A DNA stretch of 64,000 bases from an uncultured Verrucomicrobiota bacterium (GTDB taxonomy: Bacteria > Verrucomicrobiota > Kiritimatiellia > JAAZAB01): contig CAYUHK010000005.1 of NCBI GenBank assembly GCA_964444425.1, forward strand, positions 4,031-68,030. Reading direction: 5' to 3'. This document shows positions 9,207 through 18,900 of this stretch, piece after piece. The notes below the pieces were generated by a model. That model ran no database searches and was not told the origin of the DNA. It was given only the letters and a program-made list of their open reading frames with translations. Position 1 is the first letter of the stretch; every line of letters starts with the position of its first letter. The translations under genes and the position numbers were made by a program.

Positions 9207-12200
9207 GTGGTCTGCCAGGCAACAGGCTATCTTATTCAAGAAGCCATTATTATGAAAAAAACCGTTGTTATCGCGTTAGCATTGGGGCTGATTAACTTAA
9301 CCGGGCTATCTCAAGATAGCGAATGGGCTCAGGCATTTAAAAAGGCTTCAGCAAAACCCTGGACAAATCCAGTGCTGCCACTTACGGCTGATCCACGTCA
9401 AGAGCCCGACTTAAAGGCTTTTATAGAAACTGATGATATGGCTGTATTCTCAACGCCTTATTTCCCCGGCTGGATGATATCCTGCGGCCAACCCACCTTA
9501 ACGCTCTTTCATAAACTCCCACAGATCTGGCGGGTGGCTGGGCCGACTCACTTAGCCTTCTCCAGCAACGCCAAGATAGAGATCTTCAAGGCGCATGAAG
9601 CTATTCCTGCTGAAAAACTGGCGGCGATGGATAAAGCCTGGCTACTGGTCTGGTTTGCCGGAGCCAGAGGTTGGGAAAAATTCGACATGCCTATGCTGGT
9701 GGTGCTGCAACATCGCCCGTTAAGCATTGAGTTTAAAGATGATCTGCGCCTGAGCTTTCCGCAAAAAGCCGGCTTGGTTACGCTGCTCAACCTATATGGA
9801 TACTACAAGCCACCACAGGATAATCCATCAAGCCGACGCTGGGCGGATATCCAACAAATCACTGAATATGGAGAAATAAAAGAGGCCAAGACTGCTAACC
9901 TCAACGGGGCTTTTGGAATCCAGCTAGGACTGCTGGCTCCCATTAATGTGCGTCCCTACCAGTGGAGCGCTGGCCTGCCGGACCATGTGCACGAGCGCTG
10001 TGATTATTTCACCGCTTTATGCCGGGCGATCCCCTATTTCCTGCGCGATAGTTTCCAGGTGGATTTAAAGGAAAACGCCTTACGCCTGCGGAACAGCTTT
10101 TTGTATTTTATCACCAGCGACGATTGGAACACACCCGCCAAAAAACTCGCCCCTGTGTCGCCAACCTTTGCGCTCGGTGCGCGCTATGGTTTACTGTTAA
10201 AATTCAATGGCCAACTCTTTGATCCGATCTATCCCACTCCGCTGGGTCCATGGAGCGGGATCGCCGATACAGATCAATATGAAGTCTCCGTCAACCTTTT
10301 AAAATATCTTGCCGAAACCTATGTATTAGAGCTGAGCCAACAAACGAACGATCCAATTGTAAAAAAGGCCATTGAAACTCTAACTGTGACCGCGCCGGCG
10401 CTATGTAAGAGCACGGCCCCTTGGGGCAACAACCAACAGGCATACGCAAAACGCGATATGAAGTTAGAAACAGGCCCAGGCAAGGTGGGCAACTATGGCG
10501 CGATTTGGGTCGGCCTTACTTCTGATCGCACTAAAGGCTATGCGCTGCGCTTTGTCAAGCCGCAGGACCAAGCTCAGGCGCGCGAGAACATGCGCAATTA
10601 TTTTGAATATAGCTGTTTCACCGAAAGCGGCTACAAGGAGGAGCAACACGGCAACAAGACCTTTCTGTCCCGCGACAATGAAGATGGTTTATATGGCGGA
10701 TGTTTTGGCGATTCGGGTAAATTGATCATGAATCTGCTGGTCCCGGCTTGGCTCTACTCCTACCACGGCCAGGATTATGAATGGATTGCGCCTAAAGCAC
10801 CAATCATTGAAAAGTTAACTTGCACTCTGACCATGCTCGGCTGGCCACAGGCCGGCCGGCGATGCATCGCTGAACTGGGCGATGAAGCGCCGCCGGCGAT
10901 GGGCTATGCCCGCCTGATGTATGCAGCCCGTGATCAGGCGCGCTTTGCCTGGGGCGCCTACATGACGGTTATGGAATTATTACAGGCTCATCTAAAGTGT
11001 GGCCCGCTGGGCGATTATGCTCGCAAATTTCAGCCCTGGCATCGCTTTGAAATCATGGATGACACTGAGAATGCTACCGACTGCTGGGGTGCCGGCTATG
11101 GCTGGCAGATCGGTGGGCCAGGCCATGCAAAAATACAGCCGCGATTATCGCGTTCTTTCGATGTTTCCGCCGCTAAAGCTTTTGGATCAGCCCAGTGGAT
11201 CAGCCGTTGGCGCTGCGTGCATGATTTTGACTTCACGCGATTTTTGCGGGAAAACTGCCTTAATACGCCCGGCGGGCTAGCTTTTGAATTCGCTACGGAA
11301 ATGCAACGTGATTTTAAAACCTTGCTCGAGGAAGCTGGTCAAGGCCGTCGATATCTAGAGCTTCATCCGCAAGCGCACAATCCGGCTAACCTGCTTGCCA
11401 AGCAACGCCACTTTCTAGGAAAAAGTGTGGCACAAATCAATCAACAGCTTAACGGTTGGGAGCTTAGCTGGAACGATGTTTTCAAAGCCGCTTGGGCCTG
11501 GGAACCAACGCCATGGATTCATTGGGCTTTAGCCGATAATCCAAAATTTGAACGCATCTTGGACCAAGATGTCCTGCCCTGGACGCCTGGCCTCGATTCG
11601 GTTTATAAAGCAGATAACATAGAGCTCCTTGGCGCCACTAAACTGGCTATTAAAGATCCGGTTTTTGAGGAATTTATGCCGCCCTTTCAGTTTTTTGGAG
11701 AATGGCAGTCACCGGCTTATCCGAAAGGTTCGGGCTGGAGCGTTGGTTTGGTAACGGTTGACCCAAATCGCAAGATCGGCGCGGTTACCGCTGAAAATGG
11801 ATTCACTCGTTATATCTATACAAAAATAGCCACGCCGCCGGAACCCTATGATTTACCCCTAGAGGGCAAGCAATGGAAATTCTGCGCCGATAACTCGGCT
11901 CAGGGAATCAAGGCCGGCTGGTTCAAGCGCGAGTTCAATGACTCTCAATGGTTGAATATCGAGGTTCCCGGCCTATGGGAAAATCAAGCCCAGCTGCCGG
12001 AGAAAGCCTTACCTTTAAGCGCACTCTTTCCGGCCGAGATCCATGCGAATAATCCCCCGGTAGAAAATGGCGGCTGGTACGATGGAACTGCCTGGTATCG
12101 CATAAAATTCACACTGCCGGAGGAATTTAAAGGGCACAATATATTTTTCCATGCCGGGGCCATTGATGATTTTGATATTGTCTGGATCAATGGCATTAAG

Positions 12201-12395
12201 ATCGGGCAAACCGATTATCAAACCAATCCTCAAGACTTTTGGGAAGCTACTCGTATGTATCCCATTCCCTCAACAGCACTTAAATTTGGCGCGGAAAATG
12301 TGCTCGCGGTGATGGTTTGTGACAATAACGCCGGGGGCGGCTTTTCCGCTGGACCAGTACGGTTGATCGCTAAGCCTGAGCCTGGCAATCCATAA
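9207..12395 (+). CDS. Large secreted protein, paralog A of a three-member family; C-terminal GH2-N-like (galactose-binding-like) beta-sandwich; function unknown, putatively glycan-active
   Basis: A signal peptide starts at the MKKTVVIALALGLINLTGLS methionine (about 9252). The core shares ERCD..W..A.PYF, ELGDEAPP and GWQIGGP with 12513-15368. The C-terminal WYR..F.LP..F.G...F..GA.DD.D.VWINGIKIG..DYQTNPQDFWE matches the GH2 sugar-binding-domain pattern. Confidence 0.6.
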   Translation: MVCQATGYLIQEAIIMKKTVVIALALGLINLTGLSQDSEWAQAFKKASAKPWTNPVLPLTADPRQEPDLKAFIETDDMAVFSTPYFPGWMISCGQPTLTLFHKLPQIWRVAGPTHLAFSSNAKIEIFKAHEAIPAEKLAAMDKAWLLVWFAGARGWEKFDMPMLVVLQHRPLSIEFKDDLRLSFPQKAGLVTLLNLYGYYKPPQDNPSSRRWADIQQITEYGEIKEAKTANLNGAFGIQLGLLAPINVRPYQWSAGLPDHVHERCDYFTALCRAIPYFLRDSFQVDLKENALRLRNSFLYFITSDDWNTPAKKLAPVSPTFALGARYGLLLKFNGQLFDPIYPTPLGPWSGIADTDQYEVSVNLLKYLAETYVLELSQQTNDPIVKKAIETLTVTAPALCKSTAPWGNNQQAYAKRDMKLETGPGKVGNYGAIWVGLTSDRTKGYALRFVKPQDQAQARENMRNYFEYSCFTESGYKEEQHGNKTFLSRDNEDGLYGGCFGDSGKLIMNLLVPAWLYSYHGQDYEWIAPKAPIIEKLTCTLTMLGWPQAGRRCIAELGDEAPPAMGYARLMYAARDQARFAWGAYMTVMELLQAHLKCGPLGDYARKFQPWHRFEIMDDTENATDCWGAGYGWQIGGPGHAKIQPRLSRSFDVSAAKAFGSAQWISRWRCVHDFDFTRFLRENCLNTPGGLAFEFATEMQRDFKTLLEEAGQGRRYLELHPQAHNPANLLAKQRHFLGKSVAQINQQLNGWELSWNDVFKAAWAWEPTPWIHWALADNPKFERILDQDVLPWTPGLDSVYKADNIELLGATKLAIKDPVFEEFMPPFQFFGEWQSPAYPKGSGWSVGLVTVDPNRKIGAVTAENGFTRYIYTKIATPPEPYDLPLEGKQWKFCADNSAQGIKAGWFKREFNDSQWLNIEVPGLWENQAQLPEKALPLSALFPAEIHANNPPVENGGWYDGTAWYRIKFTLPEEFKGHNIFFHAGAIDDFDIVWINGIKIGQTDYQTNPQDFWEATRMYPIPSTALKFGAENVLAVMVCDNNAGGGFSAGPVRLIAKPEPGNP

Positions 12396-12512
12396 ACCAA
12401 GCATGGGGCTGGCAAGTCCGGCGGCGCTAGCTGTTTATGCCGGACTAACCTGGAGAGCCCCAGCTGATCTTATCGGCGCTGTTGGATTATGATTACCAGA
12501 GCTCAGCGTTCA

Positions 12513-15368
12513 CTATTCCGGCTGGGCGGCGAATTGCAAGTCTGGCAACGGCTGATCATCCAACCCGGTGATACAGAACTGCATAGGGAATCCCTTGCTA
12601 CCAATCGGTGATTCGCTCTTGACCAGCAAGCGATTCCAGCCCTGCTGCAGACGGCCCAAGCCGCTAATGCGATTAGCATAGAAGCCGCCATGAGTAGTGT
12701 GCTCGCTAATCACACGTTGCTCATTGATCCAACCTTGTGCTCCCCCGCTATGCCCCACCTTGAGATAAACATCCTGGCTCTCGGGTGACCAGACATACTG
12801 TTGGACATAAGCGATCTTGCGCCCGGCTGGCCACTCGGCTGCGCCAGCCTGTTGCAGTAAGTCCAGCTGGCGGCCGGCGCCCAGCGTGGCCGGCTGCCAG
12901 GATACTTTTCTGCCGATGCCATCGTATTGTGCCTGCGGCTGAAAGTCCTCTTCAGGCGGGTAAGCCATCAGGATCTCCGAGTCCCAGCGATTGGAGAATG
13001 GGCCAATGAACAATATCGGCGTATTTTCCTGTGCCTGGATGACCTCCTCAAGATTGGCTATTTCGCGCTTAGACGTAGTATCCACCCATGATTGATAACA
13101 GCCATAAGAAAGCCGTTGTCTACCACAGGCGCCAGCGATCCGTTCGCCAAAATCACCGCTGATACTTCCGAAATTACGCTGGGGAGCCTGCTTGCCGCCT
13201 TGAGGATCCTTAGGCATATTCCAGCCATGCCAGAATGGCCGCATCTTGATATTAGCGCCGACACCTTGAACCAGCGACATATGTACCCCCTGCAAGCCTA
13301 GAACATAGGGGCTGGGCTCCATGGTTTTAGGCACCAAGCGGTCATACTGCACCGGGCCAATGGCGCGTAAATAAGCATAACTCACGGCGATTTTGCCCGG
13401 GCCAAAGCTTCTATTATAATTGGTCATAGGCAACAGCTGCGATAGTTCTTCAAAAGAATCACCGGCTAAAAACGAGCGTAGCCGCGCCAAGCTGGGCAAA
13501 ATATGCCCTTCATCCAAAGTAAGTCCATAGCGATAGTTGCCCGAGCGAACTATGGTATTGGTATACACATCTAGTTCGGCACGCACCTCTTTTAAGAGAT
13601 GATCTCGATAGAAACGGCCGGTATCAGGGTCGTGGAACCGTACCCAACGATTTTCACTCTGGCCCGGATTAGTAAGGAGCGGCCCACCAATTTGCCAGCC
13701 CACTGTGCTGCCCCATAAATCGGTGAGATAGACATTCTCAGCTAACGGCTTTAAATCCCTGTGGGGCTGACGCTCATAAAAGTATTCTGCACCAACCTGC
13801 TTAATGTAATGATGAATCAATTCCCGCGCAAAGGTATAACAGCCCAAGAGATAGGCATCGAGATCGCCTACACCCCAGCCCAGTCTTGCGTAAGCCGAGC
13901 AAGGAGGCGCTTCATCGCCCAGCTCCGCAATGGCAACGCGGCCAAAGCCGGTCCAATGCATTTCCTCGGGCGTACAAAACAGCCGTTTGATGATATCCCA
14001 ACGGTCGCGGATCAGGCCCCAGTCTCCACTATACTGAGCATAGGCCCAGACCGGTTGTAAAACATTACTGGCGAACTTACCGGAATCGCCCAGGCCGCCC
14101 CAGGATCCGATCCCGGGCCCATCCAAAATCAACTGGCCGTGCCAGGGCGTATAATTCCAGGCGTTGAGCACATCATTATCCATATAAATCCGCATGCTAT
14201 GCTTCACCGTTTCTTTACGCGGTTCCTCTAGAAACGGAATAGCCTTGGCATACCAGACATCCGCAACGATATTCCAACAGAAGTTGCCGCGCTGACCATG
14301 ATCGTATTGGCAGCGCCAGTCTTGCGAAAAACGCCCTACGGCGGCATTGATCCAATTCAGCGCTTGAGCTTGGTTCGCATCTGGATCCTCTGGCTTATCC
14401 ATCCGTTCCAACTCATTGATATATTGCAAAACCTGCATACTTATTTCCACCCGGTTCGTATCATAAGCTCCAACATATGGTCCGAACCCAGTGAAATACT
14501 CCGGATCATGAATTTCTGCCGAAAGTTGCATAGGGAATCCCGGAACTTTCCAAGCCAACCCCAGCGCGGGCGAGAGCGGCGCAAAGCGTAAGGGGGCCGT
14601 TTGCCAGTCATCCGCGGTAATCAGCCAGTCATAATCGTAACGAAAATTGATTTCGTCGGTTTGCGGATTAACCGCAAACGACTCCTGAAAGCCAACCGGA
14701 TAAGCCCGCGCTATCCGCGCCCACAGATCGCAACGCTCAATGACGCTGGCCGGCACGCTCTGCTTCCATTCCCATGGTCGGATGCCGGAACTTGGCAATT
14801 GATGCTCGGCACAAAAATCTTTCTGTTCCTGCGGCAATTTATGCCAGCCGTAGAGCGGCATGCTAAAAACATGGCCAGTGTCTGAATCGGCAAAGGTGAT
14901 CTTCAGTCCAGCCTGAGTAAGTTCAATTTGCAAAGGCCGTTTTTCCAAGGCGATAAACCAGGGCGCATCGAAATTTTCCCAGCCTTGCGCGCCTTGAAAA
15001 CTGACCACCACCCAGGCGGCCGCCAGCTGGGCGCCATCCAAGGGCTGGTTGGGCAACACAGCTTGAGTCCCGGCGGCGGTTTTAACGATAAAAAATGTTG
15101 GCCCTTGCGCGCCATAATCCTCAAGATCGCCGAAGAACTGAATCGTTGGGGATTGCATACGCAGCAGTACCCCGGGCGAAAGCATCGAGCTATACAGCAT
15201 AACATCATGCTGTTCCGGCGCGGCCAGCTGTGCCAGCGGATCCGGCAGAGCGCCAGCTAAGTTGGATAGAGTGCCCCAGCCTGAGCTGGCGATCCCGTCA
15301 GCATAACCGAGCGTCCCAGTGGCAACTACAGCTGCCAATAGATATGCAAGCATGAAATCTCTTTTCAT
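12513..15368 (-). CDS. Large secreted protein, paralog B of the same family; function unknown
   Basis: Signal peptide MKRDFMLAYLLAAVVATGTLGYADG. It shares the IERCDLWARIARAYPVGF, AIAELGDEAPPCSAYARLGW and VGWQIGGP blocks with paralog A. Confidence 0.6.
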   Translation of the reverse strand: MKRDFMLAYLLAAVVATGTLGYADGIASSGWGTLSNLAGALPDPLAQLAAPEQHDVMLYSSMLSPGVLLRMQSPTIQFFGDLEDYGAQGPTFFIVKTAAGTQAVLPNQPLDGAQLAAAWVVVSFQGAQGWENFDAPWFIALEKRPLQIELTQAGLKITFADSDTGHVFSMPLYGWHKLPQEQKDFCAEHQLPSSGIRPWEWKQSVPASVIERCDLWARIARAYPVGFQESFAVNPQTDEINFRYDYDWLITADDWQTAPLRFAPLSPALGLAWKVPGFPMQLSAEIHDPEYFTGFGPYVGAYDTNRVEISMQVLQYINELERMDKPEDPDANQAQALNWINAAVGRFSQDWRCQYDHGQRGNFCWNIVADVWYAKAIPFLEEPRKETVKHSMRIYMDNDVLNAWNYTPWHGQLILDGPGIGSWGGLGDSGKFASNVLQPVWAYAQYSGDWGLIRDRWDIIKRLFCTPEEMHWTGFGRVAIAELGDEAPPCSAYARLGWGVGDLDAYLLGCYTFARELIHHYIKQVGAEYFYERQPHRDLKPLAENVYLTDLWGSTVGWQIGGPLLTNPGQSENRWVRFHDPDTGRFYRDHLLKEVRAELDVYTNTIVRSGNYRYGLTLDEGHILPSLARLRSFLAGDSFEELSQLLPMTNYNRSFGPGKIAVSYAYLRAIGPVQYDRLVPKTMEPSPYVLGLQGVHMSLVQGVGANIKMRPFWHGWNMPKDPQGGKQAPQRNFGSISGDFGERIAGACGRQRLSYGCYQSWVDTTSKREIANLEEVIQAQENTPILFIGPFSNRWDSEILMAYPPEEDFQPQAQYDGIGRKVSWQPATLGAGRQLDLLQQAGAAEWPAGRKIAYVQQYVWSPESQDVYLKVGHSGGAQGWINEQRVISEHTTHGGFYANRISGLGRLQQGWNRLLVKSESPIGSKGFPMQFCITGLDDQPLPDLQFAAQPE

Positions 15369-15802
15369 TGTTTTCCTCCATTGGCTGGCTCGGCCGCCTT
15401 ATGATATCTTATATGTAAGCTTTGAATTTCATTGCCTTGGATCGTAATAGTATTATCCGGGCTGATTTGACAGCTCAACGACTCCCAGAGAGCCGTCAGC
15501 TCGCCAGTCCAAGAGACGGTGCGGATCACAAATAGTTGTTTATTAGCATCCCAGTTGATATCAGCATGATCTAGTTTTTCTTGCACCATTGCTCCGGAAG
15601 CAGTTGTTCCATTCAATTGCACTCGCGGCTGCGGCGTAAAGCAACGTAGCTCCTCACCAGAGCGCAGGGTTATCTCCAGGGAACAGTAGGGTGAACCCTC
15701 GGGCACCCAAGCCTGCAATGGATTGCTTGCGTTAGCCGCGAGGTTGCCCGAGCCTGCCGCCAAGATGATCGCTCCGAGCCATAGCGCTTGCCATTGTTTC
15801 AT
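15365..15802 (-). CDS. Small secreted protein of unknown function (145 aa)
   Basis: Signal peptide MKQWQALWLGAIILAAGSGNLAANA. Its stop overlaps the start of paralog B by 4 nt (ATGA), which suggests translational coupling. Confidence 0.5.
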   Translation of the reverse strand: MKQWQALWLGAIILAAGSGNLAANASNPLQAWVPEGSPYCSLEITLRSGEELRCFTPQPRVQLNGTTASGAMVQEKLDHADINWDANKQLFVIRTVSWTGELTALWESLSCQISPDNTITIQGNEIQSLHIRYHKAAEPANGGKQ

Positions 15803-15825
15803 ATCCTGAGCTCCTTTTAAAAATC

Positions 15826-15842
15826 ATCGGGCGAAGCCCGAT
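15826..15842. promoter_or_regulatory. Perfect hairpin/palindrome ATCGGGC-GAA-GCCCGAT in the divergent promoter region, 24 nt upstream of the small-secreted-protein start codon
   Basis: Seen directly. It contains the GCGAAGC mini-hairpin core with a 7-bp stem and a GAA loop. Confidence 0.3.
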
Positions 15843-15994
15843 ATTGATTGCGCCGGATTCACTGCCATTAAAAAAATATTAAGCACCAGTGTATTCGCCA
15901 GCTGGGGAAAGGCAAACAAACAATAAAATTTTTTAATAAGAGGGATAAAAATCTTTACAAGCAGACTCTCTTGCTATAGCCTGCCTCGTAAACT

Positions 15995-18900
15995 ATGTAC
16001 CCCTTACCAACAATTTTAGGCTGCCAGGCCTTTAATGAAAGGTTCCGACTTATGCTTCGCCATTATAGATTCTGCTGGGTTATTGCAACGCTGATGATGG
16101 CTGCTTTTACGGCGGCAGCCGGGGAAGCCATTGCGCCGGATTTTAGCGCGGGCGAACCGAAATTTCCTCAAGCGGTCTACGGTTATCAGTACTCAAGCAC
16201 GGCACCGTGCGTATATCGGAGCCTTTTTAATGCCACCCCAGAAACAGAATGTGTCGCACTGCGTTTACAGACAACCGGGCCAGTGGTGGTCCGCGTGAAT
16301 GGGCGGCTGGTTTACGAGCATACGCCCGATCAAAAAGCCAAGTCAGGACCGGATGCTCCGGCCGAGATTCGCGACGTTGTTTTCGCCGAATGGATTCGGC
16401 CAGGCCAGAATGTTTTAGCCATAAGCGCCGCTATCAAGGGCTTGGCGTTGGAGGGCGCTATCATTGATCGAGCCGGCACCATCCAGCGTCTAAGTAGCAG
16501 CACCCAATGGCAAGTAAAAAAGTTCCCACCTTGGAGCTTTTTGCAACATGAGCAGGCCTTGCTCGACCCCGCCGCGGATATATCCGATTGGGTTCCCGTA
16601 AAAAATAGCGCTGACGCCGCATTGACGATCAGCGACCAAGAGCTCCAGACCTTGGCGGCGCCGGCCATTAAAGCGCTGCGCGCCGAGCTCGCGCGCAACC
16701 TGACTTGGCGGCTGAACTTAATTGTTCAGCGCGGTTGTATCATCGATGATTGGGAGCCATTTTATTTTGGGGATGCCAGTCGTTTGCCCGACGAAGCACT
16801 GCGCGTTACAACGGGCTTGCGGGAGAGCTTGCAAAAAATCATGGCTCAGCCGGAAATATCTCCTGCCATTCATAGCCTGGCTGATGGCACAGAGGCTTTA
16901 ACGCTGGCCATACGCCTGCTGGATGAGGCCGAGTGCCTGGCCAATACGGCGGAAGCTCTGCAGCGTAAGAATCCAATGGGCGCCAAGGCGGCCCAAGAGG
17001 CTACAGGCCAGTTTCAGGCCCTGGGCAAGCAAGCCATGACAGCGCTCTTGGCCGGCAACTATACGCAAGCACGGCAAATCTTAGCCGGTTCTCGTGAGCA
17101 GATCGACAGCGTGTTTAACACAGTGGAGGGCTCTTGGAAGAATGTCGTCAATCGGCTCAATCAATCCGATGCTAATCGCTTTGGTTGGTGCGACATAACC
17201 CATCTGCTCGACAATGACATCAACCGTTGGGGCTTGCGCATCGGGGCAACGGAGATCTCTTGGAAAATGAATTTGAACGGCTTATGGCGGTTTAAACTGG
17301 ATCCGCCGAATACGGGTCTTCAGGAGACGTATCATGATCCAGCCTATAATGTTCTATGGTCTGAAATCGTCGTGCCGGGAGATTGGGAACATCAGGGCTT
17401 TCAAGACCTGAATCCTGACATCAAGAAGACCAACCCCTTCCCAGGCATCAACGATAAGCTAGAGGACGCTCCTTATAATGGCTGGGCCTGGTATCGGCGG
17501 ACTCTGCATATTCCGCAGGAATGGGCTGGCTACGATCTTGAGCTTGGCATCGGCCGTGTAGATGATTACGACTGGGCTTATTTTAACGGCCAGGAAATAG
17601 GCCATACCGCCTACGACACTAATCCTCAAGATTTTTGGGCTGTTGAACGAAAATATAAAATCCCTAAAAAACTGGTTAAGTTCGGCGGCCTTAATTTGAT
17701 CGCTGTTCGCGTATATGACTGTCGCGATAAAGGCGGCATTATGGGCGATGTAGAGATTCGCTGCCCCGCTTTACAGGCCGCATATGAACAACGCCCCCCT
17801 AGTCAAACGCAAGCCGCCACTATCTGGAACAGCCCGCTTTCCGTTGGCGCGCTGGTAACAGCGGGCGAGGATCCGCTGCAGCTATGGGGTTGGAATGAAC
17901 GTGGCGTGCCAGGGCCTCAAGCAATCGCCTGGCCTGGCCAAGATGCTTTGGAATATAAACCCCTCACCAAAACCGCTACGCTATATGATGCGCAAACCGA
18001 TGGAGATCTGCCGGAGAACTGGGCCTTGCTCTGGCCCGCCGCGACGGTCGTCGAACAACCGATCTTGATGGTTTTTCTTGATAAGCCGCAAACCATTGCG
18101 GCGAACGTAGGCGAGGAAGGCACCTCCCAGATCAGCTGCACCTTCGGCAAGAAGGCGGCCCAAGTCGTATTGGCGCGCCCTTTCCGCGCAGAACTGAATT
18201 TTGGCGAGACGATTCCCACGCAGATCGTTGAGCGTTGTCGCTTCTGGTCCCAAGCCTTACTGGCCTATCCGATAGCCTTCACGGAGATTAATGAGCGCAG
18301 CGCCAATGAGCCTGAGATGCTCGATATAACCGATATCTATACCTATAAAATATTGAAGGACGCTTGGAATACCAAGCCGCTCAAAGTTGCTTTGCTGCCG
18401 CCTTTTTTCAGCTATGCCGTTGAGCAAAAGTTTCCAGGTTTAGCCTTCCCTAGCAACGCGCAAACTCTGGGATGCTCTCTGGGCAAGTATGGAACGCTGA
18501 AAGGCGTTCTCGACAGCGACCGAGTCAGCTACCGGGTGCCGCTTGATGAGATACCGGCTTTTGGTGGTATGACCGCTTTTGCCTTTTCACCTGTTGATAT
18601 CGGTGCTGGGAATGTCGCGGAGGTACGCGATGTAGCCCTCTGTGGCGGCAACAGTTGGCGCCCACAAACAGCTGTAGGACCAGGCCCTCAACTGCAGTTT
18701 TGCTTGGATGCCGGGCAAGAACTCGGTGTCAATATCCTGCACAATACTTCAGCTGACCATGCCGGTGGAGATCATAAGATTCCGGCGTTATACGAAAGCC
18801 TGGCCCAGGCCTATCACGACCTGCCCTTTGCGGCGATCTCCTATGATCCGTTTAACGAGCCGGCTGGCCTACGCGCCGAAGCCTATAACCCACTGGTCCG

